The translations under genes were made by a program, and so were the position numbers. From Antedon mediterranea (lineage: Eukaryota > Animalia > Echinodermata), in contig NC_092672.1 of NCBI RefSeq assembly GCF_964355755.1, positions 4,588,001 through 4,652,000 on the forward strand: 64,000 nucleotides of DNA, written 5' to 3'. The notes beneath the pieces were generated by a model. It worked only from the letters and a program-made list of their open reading frames with translations, searched no databases and was not told the origin of the DNA. Shown piece by piece: positions 37,495 to 50,510 of this stretch (position 1 is the stretch's first letter; the number at the start of each line of letters is the position of its first letter).

Positions 37495-38580
37495 TTGTGA
37501 GTTTGAATCCAATGCTTGTCGCATTGCTTGTATCCTTGGGCAAGACACTTTATACATGTTTGCCTCTCTCCACCCAGGCGTAATAAATGGGACACAACTT
37601 TGCGCTGATTACTAGCTGCATTTAACCCTTTCACTGCGGAGCATTATTCCCACCTCTGTGCGTAATGTATATTTAAGAAAAACATATGGTATTTTAATAA
37701 ATTGCAAAAAAATACTAATTGAGATAATTGTGTAATTATTTTTGTGGTGTGTGATGGGCAAAGGGTTAGTCTACAGTTAGGTATAACAAAAAAAGTAATT
37801 TGCATATTGATGACGTCATGTGACGTCATTATAGGTATTTTGGATTTCGTGTTTTTTATCGAATCAATGATAAAAACTATATTTTCTATAAGAAATTCTG
37901 ATGGAATACGTTTTTCCAACTGGATATTGATGAAGATACGTATAACAAATAAAAATATAAAAAAAAATTGAATTATTTTTATTGTTTTATAAAAATTATG
38001 CACAAATCAAAGTTTTGGGGCAAAATCGTGAAAATAATGACATTTTCCAAAAATTCACCATAGTACAAAACTAACTATTGTTTCAGAATTTTTTTTTTTT
38101 GCATGTTGTGATAAATACAATGTTGCCCTATTGGGGCTGGTAAATTTTGGTTACTTTCAAAATGGCCGCCATTACGCTACTCAAAACAACTTTCCAAGAT
38201 AGAATACTATTATATACACTATACTATATATAATATAACTATAGAGGGCGCATGATTTTCAAGACAATAATACAGCTATAGAGGGCCGTTTTTTTTGCTG
38301 GAAAAATTTTTTAATGACTTGGAAAAATATTCAAGTTCATCGAACAAATATAGAGGGTGCTATATATTATAGGCAAATACGATTAAATCATTGTTTTGCC
38401 CATACCCGGTATTACCGGGTATACGCACTTCAACGACATTTGTTTATACCCGGTAGTACCGGGTATACGCAGTGAAAGGGTTAATAGGAGTATGTTTCCA
38501 TATGTGTTTGATTAAAAAATTACCGGGGTAATAATATAGAGGTTTCACAACATTAGGAAATCCAGAATATTATGATCATT
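37495..38580 (+). mobile_element. CORE-type SINE split by a piggyBac MITE
   Basis: Core tgcctctctccacccagg...ctagctgcat ends at 37621 and resumes ggagtatgtttccata at ~38487, collinear with the 12339 copy. Confidence 0.8.
37626..38480. mobile_element. Non-autonomous piggyBac element (855 bp)
   Basis: TTAA CCCTTTCACTGCG...CGCAGTGAAAGGG TTAA; two subterminal palindromes atacccggta.taccgggtat. Confidence 0.9.
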
Positions 38581-38818
38581 ATTATCTTCAGGTTATGGTA
38601 CATCCTCTGTCCTCCCCAATGACCCAATTATACTACCATCTCTTGGTTCAAATGACAGACCTTAAGTACAGGTGAATACTGTATTCTTTTTAGTTTATTT
38701 TCTATAATAATCACACATAAAGTCTAATTAATGAATTATTTCCAGTTGACTTTTCACAATTGCTTGAGTTTGTATGAAGACAGCTACTAATTTGGAAGTG
38801 AACTTAAGATTGCTCTTA

Positions 38819-39039
38819 AGGTATTTCTACACTATCAAACTTTATGTGACCAAAAAAATGTGATGTGATGTGCCCATATATGGACATGATAATGTCATAT
38901 CACTACCATATTTGGAAATATCACTACCATATTTGGGAATATCACTACCATATTTGGGAATATCACTACCATATTTGGGAATATCACTACCATATTCGGG
39001 CACTTTTTTTTTTGTCAAACTAGTTTGGTAGTCAGAGCT
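38819..39039. mobile_element. Harbinger MITE family A between ~90-bp direct repeats
   Basis: tctacactatcaaact, five atatcactaccatatttgg units; aattaatgaattatttccag...tttggaagtgaa at 38726 and 39041. Confidence 0.8.
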
Positions 39040-40548
39040 TAATTAATGAATTATTTCCAGGTGCCTTTTCACAATTGCTTGAGTTTATGTGAAGACTGCT
39101 TCAAATTTGGAAGTGAAATTATACTCTAGAGTGATCTTACAGACTACTGCTGTACACCCACATAATTGCACCACTAGTGATGGTACCTATACAACATTAC
39201 AATCCAGGTTCTTATAATCATCTTAATTAATAAATTATGTCCAGTTGACTTTTCGCAATTCCCTGGTTTCTCAGCAAATGTCAGTTTCTATATTTAAGTG
39301 CTATTCAAACTTCTACTTGAACTATCACTAATGTAATAATTAGGTTAGTCATGTCCTAATGGCCAGTTAATGAGTGAATGTGTATTTCAAACAGTAATTA
39401 GAAATCAAAATTGATCTATACTGAAATTCTGCCTTTTCGAGAGTCATTTGAGCATGTTGCTGCTCTATGATTTGACAAACCTCATATTTGTGAAAGCATG
39501 ATTTAGCCAAAAGCAAAATGTATCTGTATGTATTGTTTTTCAGCGTTCCTTCCAAGGAATACAGGCCTAAAAAAGTTATATTGCCCAAGTATAGCACCAA
39601 TAAAAACATATATTTTTTAGTCCGTTTGTTTTTCTATGCACTCTAAGCTGTTAAATCATATTACTTATATTTATGAAAGCAAAGTGATAATTTAACATTT
39701 TAATTTCATCTTTAAACAATCAGAGTATGCCCATGATAGAATAATAAAATAATGGGTTTTTTTTAGTGTTTTTTTTTAAATTTGACAATGACATGAAACA
39801 AGAAAAGGGGATCGAATCAATACTCAAATTATAAAAAAAACTATTTATTATTGGGCTTTTAAACAGATTAACTTTTCTTGGTTAACCTAAACATTTTTTT
39901 TCTTTCTAATTATAAAATGTCAAAATATGAAATATTATATTCAACAAATTATGAAAATTGACAAATTGAGTTTAGCTGGAAACTCACACATCAATAAAAG
40001 CATTAGTAATAGTTTTTCAATAATTTACTGAATTATACAACTCAATTTTTTCATTACAATTATAATAATTGATGATATTTGAAACAATCAACCTAATATT
40101 AGTAGAATTGTATGCTTATTAATACTTAATTGCATTTATGGATATAAAATAGAAATTGTTATCAGCTGTGAAAGGAAACAGTATTGATGTTGATAAAGAG
40201 TTAACAATCGCAGGCAACGGTGAATATGCATTTGACATATCAATAAACGATTAACGTTTCTTAAAAATGTGTAGTACTTTAGGCTTCTAAAGACCAACTC
40301 GAACAAAGTGATATGATGCAACCTGTCGCTCTGAGTTGTCAGGGTTTGTTGCGTCCTATTAAACATTAGACGTGCACCATGTCAACATACACCATGCCAT
40401 TCACTCAAAAGGTAAAATGGCTACCACTCAGGTTCTGGCTGCCTTTAACACTGTATAGGCCTAATTCTCTAAACTTTTAGTTATGGGAAACTGAAATTGT
40501 CCAAATAAATGGTTACATAGGGAGGCTGAGTGTCGGGGGATCATTATA

Positions 40549-40797
40549 CAGTATAACCCTGTTTTCGGACATCTTTATTAATGAGAACAAAGGGAAACCC
40601 ATTCAAGGGACACCTCTATTCAAGGGACACCTCAATTTAAGGGACAACTCTATTAAAGGGACAACTCTATTAAAGGGACACCTCTATTAAAGGGACACCT
40701 CCTCTATTCAAGGGACACCTCCTCTATTCAAGGGACACCTCTATTCAAGGGACACCTCTATTAAAGGGACATCGCTATGGTGTCTCCTTAATTACTG
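40549..40797 (+). repeat. 17/20-bp minisatellite (AGGGACACCTCTATTMA x~10) in a CAGT...ACTG MITE
   Basis: TA CAGTATAACCC...array...GTGTCTCCTTAATTACTG TA. Confidence 0.88.
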
Positions 40798-41473
40798 TAT
40801 TCTGTTTTTTTTTAATAAACTGAGAAATCAATCATTTACTTTAAATAAAATTTGAGTCGTGTGTGAATTGAACAAGATACCAAAAATTGACCCAAAGCCT
40901 CATGGTTCATTGCACGCATTGGCTACTAGTATAGTTTAACCACAAAGAAAATACAATACTCTCCAGCAAACATAAGATATCTGTTTTAAAGTATTGCAAA
41001 TGACTTGCGTATATCCAATCAATAAATAACTTCCAACAAACTACAAATAACTCAAACAGAATTTATATTTCTATTTACGATACGATAACACCGACCTGCA
41101 TATAGAAGTATTTAAATAGTTCTGCAAAAGAGCGGAAATAATTAGCTAGAATCATAGGCTGACAATGAACATATTAACTCGAATAAACAACCGTCGGTAT
41201 TTAGTTTAGCTAATTAACCAATCATATTAATTGATTTTCAGACTAGGAATTATTGATTGCAGATTGCTAGCTCTAGGGATAGGAAGATTGTCAATAGACT
41301 CGGGATGATCATAATTATATATGTAATTGGCACACATGTTTATTTGCTGTATATAAATCTTATTTAACATTACCGCATATCTTCGGTCAACCGATAAGTC
41401 ACATCAAATCCCATTAAAAACATTTTCTGAGGCTAAAAGGGATTTTTTGGTTAAATAAAATTTATCGTATCTA

Positions 41474-41635
41474 AAGTTCTGTCTACACTATCAAACTTTA
41501 TGTGACAAAAAAATGTGATGTGCCCATATATGGACATGATGTTGTCATATTACTACCATATTTTGGTATATCACTACCATATTTGGGCACATCACACTTT
41601 TTTTGTCGAACTAGTTTGATAGTTTTAGACACAGG
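41474..41635. mobile_element. Harbinger MITE family A
   Basis: agttctgtctacactatcaaact...aactagtttgatagt. Confidence 0.8.
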
Positions 41636-42971
41636 TGCATTTTTATAATCTATTTATTTCTGAACTATAAATATAATTTCTTTATTATTGTACGTCAGAG
41701 CTATTAGTCTGTATATCATACTTGCGACCAAATCACTTACTCTACGTATTCCAAGTGTGGAAATTACTGTTAAACACCTTTAACATCAATAATACGTCCC
41801 CAATTGACTATTATCATTTCCCATACACTACCGCAGATAATCAATTTACCAACTTAAGTGTTGATAAAACTGGATACAAGTTCTACTCCAATTAAGCCTC
41901 CAATTAGAGACCTTCGGGACCAGAGGTGTAAAAATGCAACTGAAGTGTAAATACAACCATCTATATATTATTATGAAAGAGAGAGTTTGTACAGAAATGT
42001 GTTTGTTTCTTGAATTCAGTAATCCATGCACATGGGCAATGCAATTTTATTGTTTAGTTGCTTCCTTTTTCCTATCTTTTCTTCTGTGATGATGATATAA
42101 TTTAATTCATTTAATTCTTTTATTCTAGATTGTTTGTGCTTTATTTTTTATTTATAAATTATATTTATTTTAATTTAATTTTTATTGTATTTTTGTAAGG
42201 GTCCCTAATGATCAGCTTCAGCTGGATGGACCAAACTCTTAAAATATCGTTAAAATAAACAAGAAAATTAATAAAAAGTGTCATTTTTGTTCTTTGTTTG
42301 CCTAAGTTGTTAATTATGCGGCCGTTATGCGTCCTCCATCTTAATAATTGTATTTTTGTTTTTTTGTGATTATGATGGAAATAAAGATTGATTGAAAAAT
42401 GACAGCAATTGTACAGGTTTTACATTTGAACCACCAAGATGAGTGTAAAAAGGTAAACAGAGAGAGGTTGGGGTAATGGGTATCAAAATGATCAGAATTG
42501 TACTGCTATTCTGTATTGTAAGCTACATTTTGTGGTTTTACCTGCTCTGTTTATCTTTGCTAGATTCTCAATAACAATTTCCATATTTCATTGTAAAGGT
42601 GTACAACATTTTTTTCAGGTTTAGCCTATTAAGTTGTTATACGTCCTCCATCTTAATAATAATAATTGTATTTGTGGTTTTTTTTTTGTCTAAACAAGGA
42701 GCAGTATCTCTCATAAATAACTGATCTTGAATTAATTAACTTTTTTTTGCATATAATACTTCATTAGTATTTAATCTAATGTTCTGTGCAACATATATTA
42801 ATTTTTTTAATATTTAATTTTAAAAAGTGCATTAATAATTTATATGTGCAAATGTAACAAGTTTTAATAAATATATTACAAGGTCTAAACATGAATACAT
42901 TACTTTCAACATAATGTGTACAGTGTTAAAACAAAGATTATGATGACAACAGGAAACTCATATAAAACATA

Positions 42972-43115
42972 AAGACACTATCAAACTTTATGTGACAAAA
43001 AAAGTGATGTGCCCATATGGAAATCATATCACTACCATATTTAAGCATATCACTACCATATTTGGGCACATCACATTTTTTTTTGTCAAACTAGTTTGAC
43101 AGTGTAGACAGAGCT
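42972..43115. mobile_element. Harbinger MITE family A
   Basis: acactatcaaactttatgtgac...agtttgacagtgtagacagagct. Confidence 0.8.
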
Positions 43116-43530
43116 CAAGAATGAAGGCCTTGGTAAAATTAAATATAAATAATATTACCTTTCCGTACAAATGTTTAAAAACAAATTTGTAAGAGAATGG
43201 TTTGTAAAAAAAATCCATATCGGAATTTAGATCATAATAATAATTCCAAAAACAGAGAAACTCAACAGTTCTTTTCAGAACTAATACACGTGGTGTACCG
43301 CAAACGTTATATCAAAATTCCCAAATAAATACAATGTTCATATGACCATTTACTGTACTTTGTATACATGTATTAAATTACTTGTTTATTTGTCTTCTTT
43401 TATACTACGTTTTACAAAAGATAATACAAAATGAGTTTTTCCAATTACGGATAAAAAGTGCATTTTAAGTATTTTCATTGAAGTGCGTTATTATATCATA
43501 TTGTATAATATTTATTGTGTGCTGTTGCAT

Positions 43531-44245
43531 AACATTTGAAAAATTGTAATATTAAACTGATTAAATTGAGTTCTTTTACAATATTATTAGTAACCGTTTT
43601 TTTCATAAGGATTCAGATAAAATGTTCATTTGCTTGGGTAATGCTTTTTCAACAGAATAGACTGTAGCCCTTTTTGTAAATGTTTAGTATTAGAAATAAA
43701 CATTTGAACAATTGTATATTAAACTGATTAAATTGAGTTCTTTTACAATATTATTAGTAACCATTTTTTCATAAGGATTCACTGATAAAATGTTCATTTG
43801 CTTGGGTAGTGCTTTTTCAACAGAATAGACTTTAGCCCTTTTTGTAAATGTTTCAGTATTAGAAATGAACATTTGAACAATTCTATATTAAACTTATTAA
43901 ATTTTGCTTTTTTCATAAGGATTCACTGATAAAATTGTAATATGGTTGGGTAGTATAGTGCTTTTTCAACTGAATAGATTTAAGAGCTTTTTGTAAATAT
44001 TTCAGTATTAGAAATGAACATTTGAAAAATTTGAATATTAAACTTAATAAATTTAGTTCTTATTAGTAAGCGCTTTTTTTATAAGGATTCAGATAAGATG
44101 TTAATATGCTCGGTGCTTTTTCAACTGAATAGACTTAAGCGCTTTTTGTAAATATTTCAGTATTAGAAAAGAACATTTGAACAATTTTAATATTAAACGC
44201 TCTTTTTAAATTGTTCAGTATGTATTCAAATAGAAATGAACATTA
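43531..44245. repeat. Satellite-like tandem repeat, ~150-169-bp unit x4 plus a partial unit
   Basis: aacatttgaa.aatt recurs at about 43531, 43699, 43868, 44017 and 44172 with a shared ataaggattc / tgctttttcaac.gaatagac body. Confidence 0.88.
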
Positions 44246-45174
44246 TTTAGAATTTCTTTAACTTTAACACAATCATGATGATCTTCTGATAGTAAAGTTT
44301 TCATTTAATTTAAGTATTCTTTTGGAACATTATTTAACAATTTAAAAAAAAATTGCAATTTCATTTTACATTCATGTAATACAAATGTTGTTTTACTTAA
44401 TAGTTTTTGACAGACTATAATTGGAATAACATTGGAATGCTATTGGAATCTTAAGTGGAACACTAAGTGAAGTAATGTGTGTTTGTATTTTTTCAAATGA
44501 TGTTTTGAATGCTTTGACGAATATGAATTAGCATATAATTAGCATATATTTTTAGTTGGCAAAGCCAAAAGCATTTTGTCCAACTTTAGATTGACACATG
44601 CGTAGTTAATAGTCAGAAGGCCGATACTTCTCCAAAGGATATCTCCATACATACAACACGATCAAAATTGTTGAGTCTATCTATAATAGATTTAATGTAC
44701 GCAATGATCTTATTCAAGTTAAGCGGCAACACAACATGGATGAAGAAGAACCCATATTATGGTTCCCTTGATATCTCCTCTGTAAAGAGGTTGGCCATCA
44801 GAGCATATATTTCCCCATATGTTGTTTCATAGGAAAGTTTCGCCTGAAACTTAGGACCAATATTGCGTCTAGGTGCCAAAATAGGTTCTACTGTATTTCT
44901 GTCGTATAATACAGACAAGTGTTTTTTAAACATGAAGAATTAAATATTGGATTGATCCTAAGCCTCAACATGTCATGTTTGTTATTGCACGACAGACTAT
45001 ACCCTAGAGAGGGCTTAATAGAATACAAAACCACATGATAAGTAGATGGGTCAATAATGAAAAATACAGTATAGGATTTTGATGATTAAAGATACATTTG
45101 AAAATTATAAAGAAACTAAAGGTTTGGAAACAAGTAAAATACAGAACTTAACATATGGCTGCAGTTGTAAGTAA

Positions 45175-45346
45175 AGTTTGGTTCCCACTAGAACATAACG
45201 CAAGGACGTAAACGCAATGCAAGCGTTTTAACCAATGACAAGCAAAGTTATAGACAGTTAGCAATCACAAGCGAATAAGCCATCGCTTGTGATTGGTCAA
45301 TTCACTTGCGTTGCGTTACGTCCTTGCGTCGCTAGTGAGAAACGCT
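45175..45346. mobile_element. Harbinger-like hairpin MITE, decayed
   Basis: ggttcccactag..acgcaaggacgtaaacgcaatgcaag is inverted relative to cttgcgttgcgttacgtccttgcgt..ctagtgagaa. Confidence 0.65.
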
Positions 45347-45660
45347 TTAGAAAGTAAAGATAAAATAGTTATAATTATCTGATAACAAATATGAAGACAT
45401 ATTGACATTGACAAGATACATTGAGAAGCTTTATAATGTCCTTTAAAGATGGTGTCAATAAATAATAATGCATAGTGCGTCCTTCTGATAAAAATATCTA
45501 ATGTACAGTATGTACATAAAAATGTTAAAGGTATTCAATATTCAGCTTTCTATTTTTGAAGGTTAAGAAAATCAATAAATGTACCTTTATGTACTTGAAT
45601 TTCTTTCTTTAAAAAAAAGGGAATTAAAGTGCAGTACAGTATTATTATTATCGACCTTAC

Positions 45661-48120
45661 CTCAGTATCATTAAGTTGAGCAGCATCCTGAGTAAGTTGC
45701 TCATCTTTAACTGGCTGTTCATATTCTTCCAAATTATTAAACAATTCGATAAGAGAAAATATGGATGCTGGGTGTTGCGGATCAAAGGCACCGGTTTCAT
45801 TGGCACCAGTTCCATTGTCACCGGTTTCATTAGTAACAGTTTCTGAATTTGGTTCAAAATGACTGGAACTCAAACTATCTGTTTTGCGATTAAAGTACGG
45901 AGCAGAGGAGAAATTGTCGACGAAAGAGTAATCCAACTGCTCAGAGATGTCAGGGCTAATGGAAGCCATATCTGGTTCAACCGGATACGGTGCGAGACGA
46001 GATGGTTCTGCCATCTTTTTTGGAGATGAAATATCTGGTTGAGAATCCTTGGAATCTTTTCTACTTGATTGAAAAGTTTGATGCTTTGAATTTTGATCAG
46101 AAACTAATGGTTCTGCCAATGAATCTAGTTTATCAAAAAATTCTGAAGATCTATTTCGGCTTTTATAACTTGGTGAGTTCATTTCAGCAAATGTGCGTGC
46201 TTCTTGGCCGTCTCTAGGCTTGCCAACATCAATCTTTTTACAATAAAGACGGGCTGCACAGCGAAAAGCATTCAAGGGAACCTTTCCATACAACGGACCA
46301 AAGAATAGTATCCCTCTGTGATACGACACAGCAACCGAATTCAACATTGATGGTTTTGCTGTAGATCGCTTGCCAAAAATATTTGTAAGCAATGTGCTGT
46401 CCTCTAATTCCTTCTCTGCCGTTTCTTGAAAACTTTTAAAATATCCCATAAATGAGCTATCGTCTTTTGTCTTTGTCTGATCATCGGTTCCTCCAAAGAT
46501 TCCAAAAAATGAAAACGAGTCATCATCTTGTTTCTTTTGGTGTGTATTCTCCTTTTTCTCTTGTGGTCGTTTGGGTTGCTTTGCTTTAGCTCCTCTGGCA
46601 AACTTCTTCAAGTTTTCTCTAGAACCCAAGACCGTTTTTGGTTCTGGTAAATCTTTCCCAAGATAACTGAACTGCGTTGATTTTTTAGGTTTTCCGGTAA
46701 AGGACCAATGTGCTGATTGAGTAGGTAAATGTCTTGTATCGATATCACTGGATCGTCTTCTAACTGAAGAGCGAGTCCCTTGAGACGATAGTTCATAGAA
46801 AGAAGTGTTCATTGGTCGTGGCTGTTTTATCTCCTCAGCGGGTCTTGATGGCAAGTTTTTTCTACCTCCAGTCAAACCATTCTGCTTCTCAACTTCAACA
46901 ACACTGCGAGGTGCCGGAATTGGATAAGTAAACGCCTCTTGTGTTTTGGTCTCATGAATTGTGGGAAACATATCCGAATGCATTTTTTGAAAATTACGAG
47001 ATCTAGAGGTTACATGTTTATGATCTGAATTTAAAGGTTGAGAATGACCATTAAATGCCTTTTTTTGCTGTGGATACAGTCTATCATATTTATTAGGCAT
47101 TGCTTCATTTTGGCCCGACAGATACGTACCATCATATTGATGTGAACTTGTACCATACATGTTATCCGTTTGTCTAGGCATGTATCTTCTAGAATCCTCA
47201 TGTAGAAATCCATTCTGGTTTGGAGTATAATTATTACCATTATAATGACGATCTAGTCCATTTTGGCCTGCTACATTCTTTGCACCAGAAACATTCAATT
47301 CATTATATGAATTATGTATACTCTCATTTCTCGGATTTTCGTTGATTCTATATCCATTAAGTGATGTTAAACTTTCTTCTTTTAACTGAGATGTTCTATC
47401 TTTCTGAACGCTTTCATATGATGGCGGTTTGGTCGATGGTAGCGTAGCATTAGTCCTGTGCGTATTTTTCTCTTCCCTCGTTTCTGCCGATTGATACGGA
47501 GCATGTTGTGGTAGATTAAGATGCTGGCCATAATTCACCTTTGAACTTGCAGGTTGTTTGGAATTACCATCATCACTTTTGAAGAAAAATCCAAGTGGAG
47601 AAGATTCAAGAGTCTTCATAAACATTGATTTATCCTCTGACTGTGGTTTAATATAACTACCGTTCAGATCCTCCCTGGTTAATTTAGCGCTTATAGGTGG
47701 CATACCAGGGTCTGAAGGGTGCGTAAAGATACTCTGTCCACTCATTGTAGGGCTAGGTGATGTCGAGCTATCAAATCCATTTTCATAAGGAACAACTTCC
47801 TCTGGATGTGTACTTGTTAGTCTGTCTAGAAATCTACCAGGCTCTTCAGGGTCGTACTCATCAGGAGTACTATACCTATCAGATCCTCCTTGAACACTAC
47901 CTGTACTGTCTTGCTTCGAAACTGTTACTCTTTCATTATTTCCACTCTTAGTAGCTGGATAAGTGGCACCATATGTGTTTTGAGTGCTTGAACTATTATT
48001 ATTATTATTGCTGAGTGAGTCTGAAGAGCCAAAATATCCAAACAATGAAAAATCTGATGTCTTGCTGTTATCGTTTTTCACAAGTTGCTCTGAGTTAAAT
48101 AGGCTTAACGATGGTAGCAT
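45661..48120 (-). CDS. Probable giant alternative first coding exon of RIM-BP, 820 aa, mostly disordered (MLPSLSLF...LNDTE)
   Basis: 2.46-kb uninterrupted ORF rich in S/N/Q/P/T, no transposon domains seen; first ATG at 48120; GAG/GTAAGG phase-0 donor at 45660, after which composition becomes intronic. Confidence 0.8.
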
Positions 48121-50246
48121 GATCGTTAATACGACAACAAGATGAAAAATGGTCAACACATTTTATCATACAAAATCTTCTATCCGTCATTGAATATAAA
48201 CCATACCAAAGTTCAAGTGTAAATGATGATACAAGAAAACTTGCTTGCAATCTTCAGTAAATGTCGTTTTAAATGTGTTTTGGCTGCAAAATTGTATTCA
48301 GTAAACGATTGTAAGTAAGATTTTTCTTTTTACCAATTTGCTAAAAGATTTGATTTATGTGTCTTCTTGATGTTGTTAATGTTACTCAATAATACCTACA
48401 AGCATCAGTTTAAACATCATAAATATTGCAATAACTTGTTAAACTTGGATCAAATTCCATCGTTATTGGTCAATTTCAATTATTCCTATTGCCAACTACT
48501 TGTAAGAACTCACCGCTTTAACATCAGAAACATTTTCTTGAAAATAGTAATATTCCACATGTTCAATCACCATCCTCCAGTATTTAAAGTGTTTTAAAAT
48601 ATCAAGTTTAGATTTAATTTATTGAGTATAAAAAACCAGAGGCTATAAAAAATTGCATAAACTGTGATGTGTTGCTCATGTATTAGCAAAATGATGACAA
48701 GTATTACATATCACACTACAGGTAAGTGCTTATAATTGATAGTAAGTACCGTGGTGTGACGACGTTAAATTACCAACAGTTTTCTGAAACAACTTCGATT
48801 TGAACACAACGTATTTAAAGTACGTAAGACAATACCTCATTCTGTTATAGCCAGGTCAATCAAACTATCACATTACACACAAAAATTATTAAAAAAACTG
48901 ATGAATTTATGCTAAAAAGTATTGCCGTCGGTTTTTGTCCGTTTCTCTGCTTATGAAAATATATGTTATTATATTGTAATTGAATATGCAGACATTTCCC
49001 ATTACTTTGCATTAGCTGTTATCTCATAATAATAATCCCAGATAATCTCTCATAATCCAATAATCACAACTGTTCTAAATACAGAAGATACACACAATGT
49101 TAAACAATTCTGAAATTAATTTATACAAAAAATGCAAAAACAAAATTTCATCTTCGGTAGAAAAGTTCACTTTTAGAATCCTGAATATAATCCACTTTCG
49201 CGAACAGTAATGTTGATCGAGGGCGTTAAAATTCCTTTAAAAGCCTGGATTTGATGACTTAGCACGATGCATGGCCCCAATCATTACCAGGTAATGTGTT
49301 TACTGAAATGATACACAGTGAGCTGAGTGAGTGGTATTTGCATGCCAATTGACTATTGATTATCCGCCTAATCCAGTTGAAAGCCTAATAGAGGGCAGCG
49401 AATGATACGCTGTGTAGCTAAGGCTGTCCACTCATGCCCATGATTAATTGACTACACCAATTAACATTGAATAACTTCTCGCACCCACTCATCAAAGCCG
49501 TCAAAAACCGATTTGCTTTATCCTCCCCGAATCCTAAACGAAATTGATGACTGTTCTATTTGTGTCTGCTCCACCTTTTTATGCTGTAATTTGCCAGGAT
49601 ATAAACGTGAAATTCAATCACTGTTCACCGAATTCAATCAGGAAAACATTAGCAAACGTATGTCTCACCTTCAGACCGTCTTATGTAATGAAGACGAAGT
49701 GTGGTATAGAAAACGTGTAAACAATAAATGAATGCACAAGGCCACACAAATTTATGAATAATTAATTTCAATAGCATTCAATGTTCACAAAAGAACATGA
49801 ACTAGTAACCAATTATACATCTCATGCAACGACAATGTTTATTTTTAGATCAGATTTTCAGTTACTTTTTTTTTCTGAAAAATAATCAATCCATATGGTG
49901 ACTAATGTAATTTGAATTATAACAAAATTGCATTAATATTTTCAAAATATTAATAGAATATTTGAATATCTAATTATTTATACAGTATTTAAACAAAATT
50001 ATTTACACATTTTTAAGAGATGTACTTTATTTTTCCTCACTTTTTTCGTTGAAAAAAAGACCTTTATATTATAATTTAAGGTAAAAAACTACTTCTAAGT
50101 ATGTATTGTAGACCTCACACTTAAAACATAAAGTTATTGGCATATGATATAATGTGAGCAAATGTTAAGCCTTAAAGGCCAACACTAAGTATTATAGAAT
50201 TTGTCATTTTCAAGGCAAAGGCAAACAACTCTAAACAACCATCTGA

Positions 50247-50510
50247 ATTAAAGCCCCGTCTCTGGATTAATTATGTAGATTTATGCAAATACATGTCCCC
50301 TTACCGCATACTTGGTCCACCTGGATATTAAAGCTCTGTCTCTAGGTGATTGAACATTATTTAATAAACAAAATGCAAATTTATGTAAATATATGTCCCC
50401 CTACAGCGTACTACTGTATTTCCACCTATGGATATTAAATTTCTGTCTCTAGTTTGGTATTGAAATAGTATAATAAATGTAAATTTATTTTCCCCTTCTA
50501 CGGCATGCCT
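50247..50510. repeat. Imperfect ~80-110-bp tandem repeat x3
   Basis: attaaa..ctgtctct.g...atttatg.aaata.atgtcccc recurs. Confidence 0.65.

Noticed and set aside
41850-41939. 90-nt exon candidate
   Set aside because: TAA in the phase-0 frame and a mediocre donor
44580-44890. Reverse transcriptase remnant (FDRV-like on the minus strand)
   Set aside because: Only four residues match and no other RT motifs could be read
48121-48159. Signal peptide MLTIFHLVVVLTI on the 869-aa ORF (and its hydrophobic C-terminal tail)
   Set aside because: Starts at GTG upstream of the first ATG; the tail lies past the 45660 donor, so both are likely non-coding read-through
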